A stretch of 43,100 nt of DNA from Fidelibacterota bacterium (GCA_018263365.1 JAANXI010000062.1:1-43100); one strand, 5' to 3'; shown: positions 23,187-33,166, counted from the first letter of the stretch. Made by a program: numbers and translations. The notes: generated by a model from the letters alone, not told the origin.

Positions 23187-23956
23187 TAGCCGATGATGCC
23201 GCGCTCGCTTGATTCGACAAAATCGACGATATACTGGATTTCTTCGGTCTGAGGAAGGTCTTTTTTAATCTGCTCGAGTGCCTGAGAAGTATTGTATTCT
23301 GAACGAAAGATCAGGCGGTACGCTTTTTTGATGAGCGATCTATTCTCAGAGGTGAACCCCCGGCGGCGCAGTCCTACAATATTTAACCCGGAATAGGCCA
23401 AGGGTTCGGAACTCGCCAGGATAAACGGAGGTACATCTTTGGAAACCCGAAATCCGCCGCCGATATAGGAGTGTTTTCCTATTTTTACGAATTGATGTAC
23501 CGGGACGAGTCCGCCCAAAATGGCGTACTCTTCGATCGTGACATGCCCTGCGAGATTCACCGCATTCGCCAGAATCACATTATCGCCAAGCAGGCAGTCG
23601 TGGGCCACGTGCGCATAAGCCATAATCAGGCAGTTCCGGCCAATGACGGTTTTCAAGCGATCATTGGTGCCCCGGTGAATGGTCACATATTCCCGGATCA
23701 CCGTATTTTCGCCGATTTCCGTCGTGGTATTTTCGCCCTGAAATTTCAGATCCTGTGGAATTTCCCCGACGACTGCGCCATGAAATACTTTACAGTTCCG
23801 GCCAAGTTTTGTATTGGAAGCAATAACGGCGTTCGCGCGAATCTCCACGCCGGCCTCGATAACGACATTTTCTTTGACGAGGGAAAACGGACCAATGGTG
23901 ACATTCTCGCCGATTTCGGCGGAGCCATGAATAATGGCCGTTTCGTGGATACTCAC
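23186..23956 (-). CDS. lpxA: Acyl-ACP:UDP-N-acetylglucosamine O-acyltransferase
   Basis: 256 aa. MSIHETAIIHGSAEIGENVTIGPFS... hexapeptide repeats, EIPQDLKFQGE, TVIREYVTIHRGT, and a C-terminal helical domain. Confidence 0.92.
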   Translation of the reverse strand: MSIHETAIIHGSAEIGENVTIGPFSLVKENVVIEAGVEIRANAVIASNTKLGRNCKVFHGAVVGEIPQDLKFQGENTTTEIGENTVIREYVTIHRGTNDRLKTVIGRNCLIMAYAHVAHDCLLGDNVILANAVNLAGHVTIEEYAILGGLVPVHQFVKIGKHSYIGGGFRVSKDVPPFILASSEPLAYSGLNIVGLRRRGFTSENRSLIKKAYRLIFRSEYNTSQALEQIKKDLPQTEEIQYIVDFVESSERGIIG

Positions 23957-23958
23957 AT

Positions 23959-25359
23959 CTATTCGTCCTGCTCAACGACGGAGGCGCTGAGATCTGCTTC
24001 GGCGGCGACCTGGCCGTTCACGTAGGCCTTGCCCCGCATTTTGCAAATAGATAGCCGATATTTTAGCAGTTCCAACTCCAACCGGATTTGATCGCCGGGC
24101 ACAATCGTCCTGCGGAATTTGACGTTATCCATGCCGGTAAAGTAAACCAGTTTATTTTCGGGATTATCTACGGTATTCAGCAGCAGGATTCCGCCAGCCT
24201 GCCCCATGGCTTCAACCACAAGTACACCCGGCATAATCGGCTGTCCCGGGAAGTGGCCCTGAAAAAAATGTTCATTGATGGACACATTTTTTATGGCGGT
24301 GACCCGCTTTTGCGGTTCCAGGTCTAAAATCCGGTCCACAAGCAGAAACGGGTACCGGTGCGGCAGTATTTTGCTGATTGCTTTAATATCGAAGAAATAA
24401 TCGCCATCTCCGCGATCACCCTGATATTTTTCCTGGAGCAGCTGCCGCTCGTAGGCCTTCTTAACCTTTTTCACCAGTTCCACATTGGCTTTGTGGCCGC
24501 TGCGGGCGGCGATAATATGGCCTTTAATCGGCATACCCAATAACGCGAGGTCGCCGATTAGATCAACCACCTTATGCCGAACCGGCTCGTTGTAAAACCG
24601 GAGTTCTTTCCTGTCCAAAATCCCGTTGGTTCCCAGGGAGATGTCTTCCTCGATTTTGAACAGTTCTTTCAGGCGATGAAATTCCGATTCCTCGATTTCC
24701 CGATCCACAATGACAATAGCGTTATCGACGTTACCGCCCTTGATAAGGCCCCGTTCTTTCAGCTCTTCCACTTCGTGGAGAAAGCAGAATGTGCGGGCTT
24801 CAGCAAATTCATCGGCGAATTCATCTTCCAGGGAATAGAGCGCTGTATACTGTGTCCCAAGGGTGGGATTTTTGTAGTCAATCATGAATGTGATGCGTAG
24901 CCGATCTGATGGCAGCAAATGAATATCGACTTCACGCTCCGGTTCGGAGTAGGTAATGGTTCGGTCGATTTGAAGTTCTTGCCGTTCCTCGTCCTGCTCC
25001 TTAAACCCGACTTCGAGGATGGCATCCACGTACGGTTTCGCGCTGCCGTCCATTACCGGCGGCTCCGGGCCGTCCAGGTCGATGAGTATATTGTCAAGCT
25101 GCAATCCGGCCAGCGCAGAAAGCACATGTTCCACAGTATGGACTTTCGCTCCGTTCGCCTGAATCGTTGTGCCACGTGATATGTCAACCACGTGGTCAAT
25201 ATCAGCCTGAATAGCCGGCGAATCTTCAATATCTGTACGCCGGAACTGAAATCCGGTGTCTGCCTCAGCGGGCCGGAATGTCATCTTACACGGCTCGCCG
25301 GTATGCAAACCGTACCCTTCTATGGATATGGGACTTTGTATCGTCTTCTGCTTTTTCAC
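23959..25359 (-). CDS. lpxC/fabZ: Bifunctional UDP-3-O-acyl-GlcNAc deacetylase / 3-hydroxyacyl-ACP dehydratase (LpxC-FabZ fusion)
   Basis: 466 aa with a GTG start overlapping the lpxD stop (GTGA). N-terminal: [19 protein letters not shown]...TVEHVLSAL (LpxC). C-terminal: [19 protein letters not shown]...[23 protein letters not shown] (FabZ). Confidence 0.92.
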   Translation of the reverse strand: MKKQKTIQSPISIEGYGLHTGEPCKMTFRPAEADTGFQFRRTDIEDSPAIQADIDHVVDISRGTTIQANGAKVHTVEHVLSALAGLQLDNILIDLDGPEPPVMDGSAKPYVDAILEVGFKEQDEERQELQIDRTITYSEPEREVDIHLLPSDRLRITFMIDYKNPTLGTQYTALYSLEDEFADEFAEARTFCFLHEVEELKERGLIKGGNVDNAIVIVDREIEESEFHRLKELFKIEEDISLGTNGILDRKELRFYNEPVRHKVVDLIGDLALLGMPIKGHIIAARSGHKANVELVKKVKKAYERQLLQEKYQGDRGDGDYFFDIKAISKILPHRYPFLLVDRILDLEPQKRVTAIKNVSINEHFFQGHFPGQPIMPGVLVVEAMGQAGGILLLNTVDNPENKLVYFTGMDNVKFRRTIVPGDQIRLELELLKYRLSICKMRGKAYVNGQVAAEADLSASVVEQDE

Positions 25360-26387
25360 TCGGAGGAATCTCCCTGCGCTAACTTCCCTTCCAGATCCTT
25401 CAGTCGTTGGACCATCTCCGGAAGTTGCCTGATATACACAATTTGCCTGCGGTCATCGTTATGCGGAATTGCGGGAAATCCGGAAACCGTTTGCCCGGCG
25501 TCGATATCTTTGGTAACGCCTGCCTTGGATGCAACAGTCACCTGGTCACCGATTTGGAGGTGACCGGCAAACCCTGCCTGTCCGCCCACAATCACATAAT
25601 CGCCCAGTTTGGTGCTGCCAGCGATACCGACCTGAGCCACAATCAGACACCCTTTGCCAATTTTTACGTTGTGGCCAATCTGTACTAAATTGTCCAGCTT
25701 CGAACCCTCTCCAATGATGGTTTCGCCGAGGGTCGCCCGGTCAATCGAGCAGTTGGATCCGATTTCCACATCATCTTCGATGCGAACGGAGCCAACCTGG
25801 CGGATCTTTTTGTGGATGCCGTCTTCCTGGGTAAATCCGTATCCATCGCTGCCAATTACCGTACCACTGTGGAGAATAACTCTGGCGCCGATTGTGCAGC
25901 GATCATACAACGTCACACCAGGGTAAATATGCGTATCATGGCCAACCGAACATTCCTGGCCGATGTTGACATTACTCCCGATAATCGTCTTATCCCCGAT
26001 AATCGAGTCTAACCCGATCACTGCGCCGGGGCCAATCGTAACATTTTCGCCAATTTTTGCTGTCTGATGGATCACCGCCGTTTCGTGGACGCCTTCGAAC
26101 GATTGTGGCCGGAGCGGCCGAAAATGGTCGATAAGTATTTTTACCGCCAACTGCGGGTTTTGCACAACGATCCGCGGCGTGAAATCTCCGCTGTACTTTG
26201 CCGGGAGAATAACCGCTGCCGCGTCCGTGGTTTCAAGATGCTTGTAATACCTGGAATTGCCGACAAAAGTGACCTCTGTGGATGTTGCGTTCTGGATTTC
26301 GGCAATATCCGTAATAGTGGTTTCAGGGGAGCCGCCATGCAGCTCACCCTGCACCATCTCAACTATATCAGATAATGTCGTGGACAC
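25356..26387 (-). CDS. lpxD: UDP-3-O-acylglucosamine N-acyltransferase
   Basis: 343 aa. N-terminal uridine-binding domain (LSDIVEMVQGEL...VTFVGNSRY), a long hexapeptide-repeat LbH region, and a C-terminal helix. Confidence 0.9.
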   Translation of the reverse strand: MSTTLSDIVEMVQGELHGGSPETTITDIAEIQNATSTEVTFVGNSRYYKHLETTDAAAVILPAKYSGDFTPRIVVQNPQLAVKILIDHFRPLRPQSFEGVHETAVIHQTAKIGENVTIGPGAVIGLDSIIGDKTIIGSNVNIGQECSVGHDTHIYPGVTLYDRCTIGARVILHSGTVIGSDGYGFTQEDGIHKKIRQVGSVRIEDDVEIGSNCSIDRATLGETIIGEGSKLDNLVQIGHNVKIGKGCLIVAQVGIAGSTKLGDYVIVGGQAGFAGHLQIGDQVTVASKAGVTKDIDAGQTVSGFPAIPHNDDRRQIVYIRQLPEMVQRLKDLEGKLAQGDSSE

Positions 26388-26414
26388 TGGTTTTACGAAA
26401 TTCGATAGATGGAG

Positions 26415-26969
26415 TTACGGATTCGAGCCGCCTGAATCTGAACTTCCGCCGCCCCGGCGTAATTCGTACAGGACGTCCGCGGTGATATTATGCTTCTCTT
26501 CCGCATACAGGATGTTGCCGCTGACGGAGTCCAGCACATAATCGTAACTGCCATCTGAGGCCACTTTTTTGATGGCGGTGTTAATCTTTTGGAGTACCGG
26601 GCCAAGGATTTGTTCCTGCTTGGCATAGATTTGCCCCTGCGGACCGACGTTCTCCGTCTGAAACTGCTGAATCCGCCGACGGAGGTTCTGAATTTCCTGC
26701 TGTTTCTGCTGGCGTCGCTCTTCGCTCATCACAAACTGTTGCTGCTGAAACGACCGGTTCAGGCTGTCCAGCCCCGAGGTCATTTGCATATACTGGTCTT
26801 CGAGCTGTTTGGCCTCGAGATCCAATTTTTTCTGAGCTTCCCGTGCTTCCTCGTATTCCTGCATAATCCGGTCGGAATTGACGTAGGCAATTTTGAGCTG
26901 CCCGAATGCCGGAACGCTGATAAGAATTGAGAGCCCGAGCAGTACTCCGAGTTGTGTTATCCGTTTCAC
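26415..26969 (-). CDS. skp: OmpH/Skp periplasmic chaperone
   Basis: 184 aa. Signal peptide, LKIAYVNSDRIMQEY, and a long Q/E/K-rich coiled coil. It sits between bamA and lpxD as in the canonical cluster. It carries an unusual G/S-rich tail, RRGGGSSDSGGSNP. Confidence 0.85.
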   Translation of the reverse strand: MKRITQLGVLLGLSILISVPAFGQLKIAYVNSDRIMQEYEEAREAQKKLDLEAKQLEDQYMQMTSGLDSLNRSFQQQQFVMSEERRQQKQQEIQNLRRRIQQFQTENVGPQGQIYAKQEQILGPVLQKINTAIKKVASDGSYDYVLDSVSGNILYAEEKHNITADVLYELRRGGGSSDSGGSNP

Positions 26970-27012
26970 GCTTTCCTCCTTGTAGGTCTCAAATGTTTTT
27001 ATACTCTAATGA

Positions 27013-29397
27013 TTAAAACGGTTGTCCAAAGATAAAATGTGTCTGCCAGCCCTCTGGCTGGGTCGATCCCGGATCCAGCGAATCGAACCCGTAGCCGAAA
27101 TCGAAGCCGAGAATACCTAGCATCGGCATGAATAACCGAAATCCGACGCCGGCTGAGCGCTTCAAATCATACGGATTTATATGCTCAACATCCAGATAAG
27201 TATTGCCGCTTTCGAAAAAGCCCAGTCCGTAGAGCGTTGGATTTTCCGAGATGGGAAATCGCAATTCCAGCGAATATTTTAATAAGGCACGCCCACCCAG
27301 CGGATAGCCATTGAATGTCGGTCCGACAGACCGATCCGGGTAACCCCGGAGCGCCGATCCGTACACCATCCCGGAGCCGCCCATGAAGAACTGTTCGTCA
27401 TACGGGATAACGGAATTATCCTGCAGGCCTTTCAAGGCCCCCGTCTCAATATTCGTGTATAACACTAATTTCCAAAACATGGGTGTGAACCATTCGATCT
27501 GTAACTCATGCTTATGATATTCTTCGTTGCCGCCCAGCGGGCCGCCGGAAAGCGCGGAAGTGAGCGAAACCCGTGAACCCTGTGTCGGAAATTCCGGGCG
27601 GTCCCGGCTGTCGCGGCGCAGTGTTTGTGTAAGCCGTACGCCCCGAGTGGGATTGGTTCCGGTTTCATTAATTCGTTCAAAGGTCGTGGAGTCCTCAATA
27701 TTTGTGTATTCCTTGGTATCGAGATACAGCGACCAGTTTCCGCGGAAATAACTATCCGGCCAGCGGAAGCGGTGTCCCACCGACACCGAACCGCCGCGCT
27801 GGGTGATATCAAAGGGCAGGTAATACTGTCTGGTTGAACCTGCCAGTTGGCCACGATCCGAATAAAACACACTGAATCCCACCGGATTGGGCCGGTTAAA
27901 CGGCCAGGGTTCATTAAACCGAAACCGAAAGGACTGATAAAATTGCCCCCGCTGGTAATTCAGCACCACCTGCTGCCCGTTTCCGAGAAAGTTATTGAAC
28001 TCCACGCCAACGCTTCCGAGCAGGCCATCCCGCTCGCTGTATCCGATAGAAGCATTGGCTCTGTCGGTCTGCTTTTCTTCGACTTCAACAGAGAGATCCA
28101 CGTGCTTGTCATCCACGGGGACGACATCCGGGACCACGTTAGAGAAATAGTTGAGAATAAAAATTTCCCGTTGACTTCGGATTAGTCTCTCACGGCTGAA
28201 AATATCACCAGGAAAGATTCGCAGCTCCCGGCGAATGACATCTTCTTTTGTCTTCGTGTTCCCTGTAATATTGATGAGGCGGACATCAACCTGGTAGTTC
28301 TCCTGGATTTGAAAACTTACGTCAACAGAGTTTTCGGAGACCGGAACTTCCTGTGGTGTGATCTGGAAATACAAGTATCCGCGGTCCATGTACAGGCTGC
28401 GGATATTTTCCACACCAGCCTGGAATTCTTCCTGATTATACTGATCCCCGGGGTCAATCCCCAGCGCTCTGCTCAGCTCTTCCTCTGTGTAGAGCGTGTG
28501 GCCCGACCAGGTGAATTCACCGTACTCGTACTTGTTGCCTTCGTCTATCCACATGTCGATAAACAGGCGGGTGCGTTCATCGTTGTAATAGATGGAGTCC
28601 CGGACGATTTCCGCGTCGCGAAAGCCCTCGTTTTTGTAATAGTTAATGATGTTAGTTTGGCTGGTCAGGTAGTTTTCCTGGTTGTATTCCACATCCTGGA
28701 ACAGTTTCCACCACCGCTGCTCTTTTACCTTCTCCATCTGCTTGCGCAGCTTCCGTTCTGAGATGGATTTGTTGCCGTGAAAGGTAATGTCCCGGATTTT
28801 TACCTTTTTGCCCTCATCGATATTATAGATGAGTTTGACATAGTTTTCCCGGTTCTCAGCAGGAACAGTTTCCCCGGTGATCTCAGCCAGCAAAAAGTTT
28901 TTATCCTTGTACAACTGCTTCATTTTTTTTGCATTGGCATGGATTTCCTGGGGATCAAGCACCTGACCGGGAATCAGGTTCAATTCTTCTTCGAACTTTT
29001 TGTCCTTTATTTTATCATTCCCCTTGTAGACTACTTTGGAAAGCCGGGGATGCTCTTTCACCTGGATCACGAGATACACGCCGTTCGCGGTCTCCCGTTC
29101 TAATACGATGTTCACATCGGAAAACAGGCCGAGCTCCCATAACCGGTCGATCGCCTTTTGGATGGTTTCGAGGCTGAGCGACTGGTCAATCCGCAAACCG
29201 GAGTTCGCTTTGATAATATTCGCATTTGCAGTGACGTTCCCTTTGACAGAAAGGCCCAGCAATTTTACCGTTTGGTCTGTGCCCGGAGCTTGCGCCTGGA
29301 CTGCCGGAGCGCTTACAGCAAGGAACAATCCCAGACAGATGAGTATTACCGGGATACGGCTTGTGGAGCGAAAAAAATGCGAAAAAACAACAGTCAT
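27013..29397 (-). CDS. bamA: Outer membrane protein assembly factor BamA (Omp85, POTRA repeats + beta-barrel)
   Basis: 794 aa. Signal peptide, five POTRA-like segments (e.g. IRDITFHGNKSISERKLRKQM, VRLINITGNTKTKEDVIRREL), and a C-terminal barrel ending HFIFGQPF. Confidence 0.9.
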   Translation of the reverse strand: MTVVFSHFFRSTSRIPVILICLGLFLAVSAPAVQAQAPGTDQTVKLLGLSVKGNVTANANIIKANSGLRIDQSLSLETIQKAIDRLWELGLFSDVNIVLERETANGVYLVIQVKEHPRLSKVVYKGNDKIKDKKFEEELNLIPGQVLDPQEIHANAKKMKQLYKDKNFLLAEITGETVPAENRENYVKLIYNIDEGKKVKIRDITFHGNKSISERKLRKQMEKVKEQRWWKLFQDVEYNQENYLTSQTNIINYYKNEGFRDAEIVRDSIYYNDERTRLFIDMWIDEGNKYEYGEFTWSGHTLYTEEELSRALGIDPGDQYNQEEFQAGVENIRSLYMDRGYLYFQITPQEVPVSENSVDVSFQIQENYQVDVRLINITGNTKTKEDVIRRELRIFPGDIFSRERLIRSQREIFILNYFSNVVPDVVPVDDKHVDLSVEVEEKQTDRANASIGYSERDGLLGSVGVEFNNFLGNGQQVVLNYQRGQFYQSFRFRFNEPWPFNRPNPVGFSVFYSDRGQLAGSTRQYYLPFDITQRGGSVSVGHRFRWPDSYFRGNWSLYLDTKEYTNIEDSTTFERINETGTNPTRGVRLTQTLRRDSRDRPEFPTQGSRVSLTSALSGGPLGGNEEYHKHELQIEWFTPMFWKLVLYTNIETGALKGLQDNSVIPYDEQFFMGGSGMVYGSALRGYPDRSVGPTFNGYPLGGRALLKYSLELRFPISENPTLYGLGFFESGNTYLDVEHINPYDLKRSAGVGFRLFMPMLGILGFDFGYGFDSLDPGSTQPEGWQTHFIFGQPF

Positions 29398-29401
29398 AAA
29401 T

Positions 29402-30187
29402 TCAGGATTGTTCGGCTAGAAGTGGTTGATTTTTAATTTGTTCGCTTACTTTGCCGAATCTGCGTTCCCGGCTTTGAAAATCCAGGATGGCTTTGTACAG
29501 CTCTTCCCGGCGGAAATCGGGCCAGTACTTTGAAGTGATATACAGTTCGGTGTAGGCTAATTGCCATAAGAGGAAGTTACTAATCCGGGCTTCCCCGCTT
29601 GTCCGGATAAGAAGGTCCGGATCAGGGCAGTTTCCTGTGTGCATGTAGGAACTGAAGAGTTCTTCGGTGAGATCCTCAATGGAATGCACGCCTTTTTGAA
29701 TGTCGCGGTAGAGCCCTTCAACGGCTTCCAGGATTTCGCCCCGGCCGCCGTAACTCAGCGCCAAATTCAGTTGCAACCCGGTGTTATGCGCTGTGCGCTC
29801 AATCGCCTCCAGCATCCCGTTCCGCGGTTCAGTCGGGAGATCGTCCAAATCCCCAATGACGTGGACTTTGACGTTATTTTCGTCCAACTCATCGACCTCT
29901 TTGCGGATAGTGCGTAACAGCAGCTTCATCAGCGCCGACACCTCTTTGGGTGGCCGGTTCCAGTTTTCCTTGGAGAAGGTGTACAGCGTCAGCACCTCTA
30001 TGTTCAGTTCACCGCAGGCCCGCACCACTTCCCGAACGGAGTTAATACCTTCATTGTGACCGGCCAGGCGCGGAAGGCTGCGTTCCTTGGCCCAGCGGCC
30101 ATTGCCATCCATAATAATCGCGATATGCTGGGGAAGGGAGCCGTTGCTTCTTATTTGTTGTTCGAGCGCGTCTAAGTCGTTTGTCAT
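29402..30187 (-). CDS. uppS: Undecaprenyl-diphosphate synthase (isoprenyl transferase)
   Basis: 261 aa. HIAIIMDGNGRWAKER, LTLYTFSKENWNRP, DLLIRTSGEARISNFLLWQLAYTELY. Confidence 0.92.
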   Translation of the reverse strand: MTNDLDALEQQIRSNGSLPQHIAIIMDGNGRWAKERSLPRLAGHNEGINSVREVVRACGELNIEVLTLYTFSKENWNRPPKEVSALMKLLLRTIRKEVDELDENNVKVHVIGDLDDLPTEPRNGMLEAIERTAHNTGLQLNLALSYGGRGEILEAVEGLYRDIQKGVHSIEDLTEELFSSYMHTGNCPDPDLLIRTSGEARISNFLLWQLAYTELYITSKYWPDFRREELYKAILDFQSRERRFGKVSEQIKNQPLLAEQS

Positions 30188-30378
30188 ATTATTTTTTCTT
30201 ATTCGCCTATATCAAAATGAATTTATTTTCTCCCCCTCAGGAAGTCAAGACAAAGGTCAGACCGGAAAGTCCCGACAATACGTCCCTACGGGGAGTTTTT
30301 ATTCGCATTCCAATGAATTTGGCTTCGTTCAAATCGTATTTGTCTTGAGCGAACAAACGCACGTTGTTAATCGACTGC

Positions 30379-31470
30379 CTAACGAATTTGTTCCGCTAAA
30401 TTCTGCGCGATGTTGTTAAACGCTTCCGCAGCTGCTGACTCCGGTTCGGACAGCACAATCGGCTTGCCCCGATCCGAGGCTTCCATAACTTCCGTCTGCA
30501 GCGGGATGCGGCCCAGTAACGGCACCTCCAGACGATGACTCTCCTTTTCACCGCCGCCCCGGCTGAACACATCGGTGTCTTCACCGCAGTGCGGGCATTT
30601 GAAGTAGCTCATATTTTCGATGATGCCCAGCACTTTTGAATCGACCTTCCGGAACATATTAGCACCCTTTTTCACATCCTGGAGCGCCAACTCCTGCGGC
30701 GTAGTCACAATCACCGCGCCGGTGATTTCGATTTTCTGGACCAGCGTCAATTGCACATCGCCGGTACCGGGCGGCAAATCCAGGATCAGATAATCCAGCG
30801 CCTTCCAATCGATGCCATTCAGGAACTGATCCACCATTTTGGCCACCATCGGGCCGCGCCAGATCACCGGTGAGTCATCGCCGAGGATGTTCCCGAAGGA
30901 CATGAGCTTCAGTCCGTATTTTTCCAGCGGAGCGATTCGCTCATCCTGGGTGAGATACGGTTGATCGGTTATGCCGAACAACGTGGGCAGACTGGGACCA
31001 TAAATATCCAGATCGAGCAATCCGACCGTGTGTCCCTGTTCCTTCAGGCTGGCGGCAAGATTGGCGGCAACGGTGGATTTTCCGACCCCGCCCTTTCCGC
31101 TGGCCACGGCGATTACGTGGTTCACATTGGGGATGGCATGATGGTCTGCCCAGGGATCGCCTGCGCCCTGCTGTGCCGCCTGTCCGCCGCCGGGCCCGCC
31201 AATCGATTGCGACGATCCACTCTCGACGGGATCAACCAGCGAAATCGACACGTCCGAAACGCCTTCCTGCTTAATTGCGTCGCGCACTTCCTGCACAACT
31301 TGCTGTTTTTTGTTCTCATCGCTCGAGGAGATCTTCAGCTCGATTTGAACCGAACCATTTTCAATGGTCACATCTCCGACCATCCCGAACGACACAATAT
31401 TCCGGCTGAATCCCGGATAGGTGATCCCCTCCAGGATGTTCATTATATCTTCGCGACTCTCTATTGCCAT
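30379..31470 (-). CDS. apbC: Mrp/ApbC/NBP35-family Fe-S cluster carrier ATPase with N-terminal DUF59 domain
   Basis: 363 aa. ILEGITYPGFSRNIVSFGMV (DUF59), IAVASGKGGVGKSTVAANLA (deviant Walker A), CPHCGEDTDVF (CxxC). Confidence 0.9.
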   Translation of the reverse strand: MAIESREDIMNILEGITYPGFSRNIVSFGMVGDVTIENGSVQIELKISSSDENKKQQVVQEVRDAIKQEGVSDVSISLVDPVESGSSQSIGGPGGGQAAQQGAGDPWADHHAIPNVNHVIAVASGKGGVGKSTVAANLAASLKEQGHTVGLLDLDIYGPSLPTLFGITDQPYLTQDERIAPLEKYGLKLMSFGNILGDDSPVIWRGPMVAKMVDQFLNGIDWKALDYLILDLPPGTGDVQLTLVQKIEITGAVIVTTPQELALQDVKKGANMFRKVDSKVLGIIENMSYFKCPHCGEDTDVFSRGGGEKESHRLEVPLLGRIPLQTEVMEASDRGKPIVLSEPESAAAEAFNNIAQNLAEQIR

Positions 31471-31473
31471 CGA

Positions 31474-31809
31474 TTATTTACTCCTTTTTGACTGTAATTG
31501 ACGTCCTAATCTCTGTTCGACAGATTTTACCTTTCCGGCAATGCGATCGGTCGCATCCCGTCGATAATCTATTTTGATAGTTGTTGAAATTCGTTCACTC
31601 TCTTGTTCCAATAATTGATGACACTGTTTCATTGTAGCCATTACCTCATCCCAGGGCCCTTCCAAAAGCGTACCCATTGCATGGAGCTCGTAATCCAGCC
31701 CGCTTTTACCAATGATGTTCAGTATTTTGGCAACGTAAGGACTTAAACTTGTGCCTTTATCAAGAGGAGCCATGCTGAACTCAGCCAGGATGTGCGGCGA
31801 TTCTGTCAC
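31474..31809 (-). CDS. MTH1187/YkoF-family (DUF77, thiamine-binding-like) small protein
   Basis: 111 aa if started at the GTG at 31809, which overlaps the upstream TGA as GTGA. ILAEFSMAPLDKGTSLSPYVAKILNIIGKSGLDYELHAMGTLLEGPWDEVM matches the family's beta-alpha-beta core. The longer track ORF (to 31965) would overlap the membrane-protein gene by 160 nt. Confidence 0.7.
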   Translation of the reverse strand: MTESPHILAEFSMAPLDKGTSLSPYVAKILNIIGKSGLDYELHAMGTLLEGPWDEVMATMKQCHQLLEQESERISTTIKIDYRRDATDRIAGKVKSVEQRLGRQLQSKRSK

Positions 31810-33056
31810 GGGTATACGGTTGTCCTGGGACTGTATTTGAGGAGAATATAAAGCGAAAGTAAAGCCACAATCAGGCCGAGAGCTCCGGCGCCGATAAACA
31901 ACACTGTTGCAGCGGCAAAGAACCCACCAATCATGACAAGCAGAGCAAGTGTGATAAAAATCCACGCGAATTTAAAGGGACCGGGATACAAAAACTGTTG
32001 CAGTCTGCTATGATCGGATATGCTGGCATCCTGCAAAGCAAGCGTCGTGAGCGGTATTTCGGATAACAGCGCCATAAGAAATGTCAGCAGTACCCAGCCG
32101 CCGACCCCGAAAATCCGGTGCGAGCCTGCACGTCCGCTGGGGTAATTCACGGCGATATCAAATCCGAGCAAAATGGTTAGGGACAGCGCAAGAAATCCCA
32201 CGATAATGAACGGTAACAATTTAAGGGAACCACCGGCATCTTCCCGCTGTGAATTGGTACTTCCCAGGTCCCCCACTTTCGGCATACTGTAACCATAGCC
32301 TAAAAATCCGAGCAAGATTATTCCACCAGCGATCATCAGGGAGGACAGTTTCCATGCGACCATAAAACTCAGGAGTGTCACAATCCCAATCAGCCACACC
32401 CACGCGCTTCCCTGAAGGACTGGCACAGATTTCGTCACTGGCAATTCACCGCCCCGGAGCGCCACACCGATTCCCAGGAGTCCCAGCGATGCCCAGCCGA
32501 CAAATCCGGCGTGAATATGCGGTAACCGCATACTCTGCAGTGTATTTTCGCTCAGATATCCGTGGAACAGATATCCGCCGATCAGGATGGTAATTGCTAA
32601 TCCCAGCGAACCGAATGCTCCGAATAACAGTGCGCCTTTCCTATCCTGCGGTTCTGCCTGGAAGAACCACCGGAAATACTGGATCACCCACCAGAAACCG
32701 GCGTACGCTACACCAATAAAGCCAACAGCCATGACAGGCCAGGTATCGAGGAGAAATCCCAGAGTCAGGATACCGATGCCGACATTCATTATTATATGGA
32801 TGGTTTTGACTGTCCACTCATTTACACGAACGGATTCGAGGCTATAGAATAAGCGGAGGTACAGCCCCATGAGTCCGAGGGTCAGCGCCCCAAGCGTTCC
32901 AAGGTGCAGCGTCGCAATCGTAATCGGAACCGCGATAAAAATATTGAAAACACGTAACCCGAAAATAACGGCGGTGAGAGTCGCCGTGAGCAACAGATAA
33001 AGAATTGCTGTCCGGTAGTACCGTAACAACACCCGCGCCTTTTCCTGGGTCAGCAT
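31806..33056 (-). CDS. Polytopic integral membrane protein (about 12 TM helices), unknown function
   Basis: 416 aa of almost continuous hydrophobic helices, with conserved-looking His positions (TLHLGTLG, LPHIHAGFVGW, FHGYL). GAGG lies 7 nt upstream of the ATG. No family was recognised with confidence. Confidence 0.7.
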   Translation of the reverse strand: MLTQEKARVLLRYYRTAILYLLLTATLTAVIFGLRVFNIFIAVPITIATLHLGTLGALTLGLMGLYLRLFYSLESVRVNEWTVKTIHIIMNVGIGILTLGFLLDTWPVMAVGFIGVAYAGFWWVIQYFRWFFQAEPQDRKGALLFGAFGSLGLAITILIGGYLFHGYLSENTLQSMRLPHIHAGFVGWASLGLLGIGVALRGGELPVTKSVPVLQGSAWVWLIGIVTLLSFMVAWKLSSLMIAGGIILLGFLGYGYSMPKVGDLGSTNSQREDAGGSLKLLPFIIVGFLALSLTILLGFDIAVNYPSGRAGSHRIFGVGGWVLLTFLMALLSEIPLTTLALQDASISDHSRLQQFLYPGPFKFAWIFITLALLVMIGGFFAAATVLFIGAGALGLIVALLSLYILLKYSPRTTVYP

Positions 33057-33166
33057 GTGAACCTCGCTCGTTATTGAAATTTAGCTTGTGAGTGTACCCA
33101 AATCAGGGACGGGAATCAACTTAAAATGAGCAGAGATTATTATGCGAATTTGTAAGGTTTCTAATT

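Noticed and set aside
31810-31965. Longer version of the DUF77 ORF (MDFYHTCSACHDWW...)
   Set aside because: It overlaps the 3' end of the 12-TM membrane protein gene by 160 nt in another frame. The GTG at 31809 forms a classic GTGA stop/start overlap and yields the normal family length.
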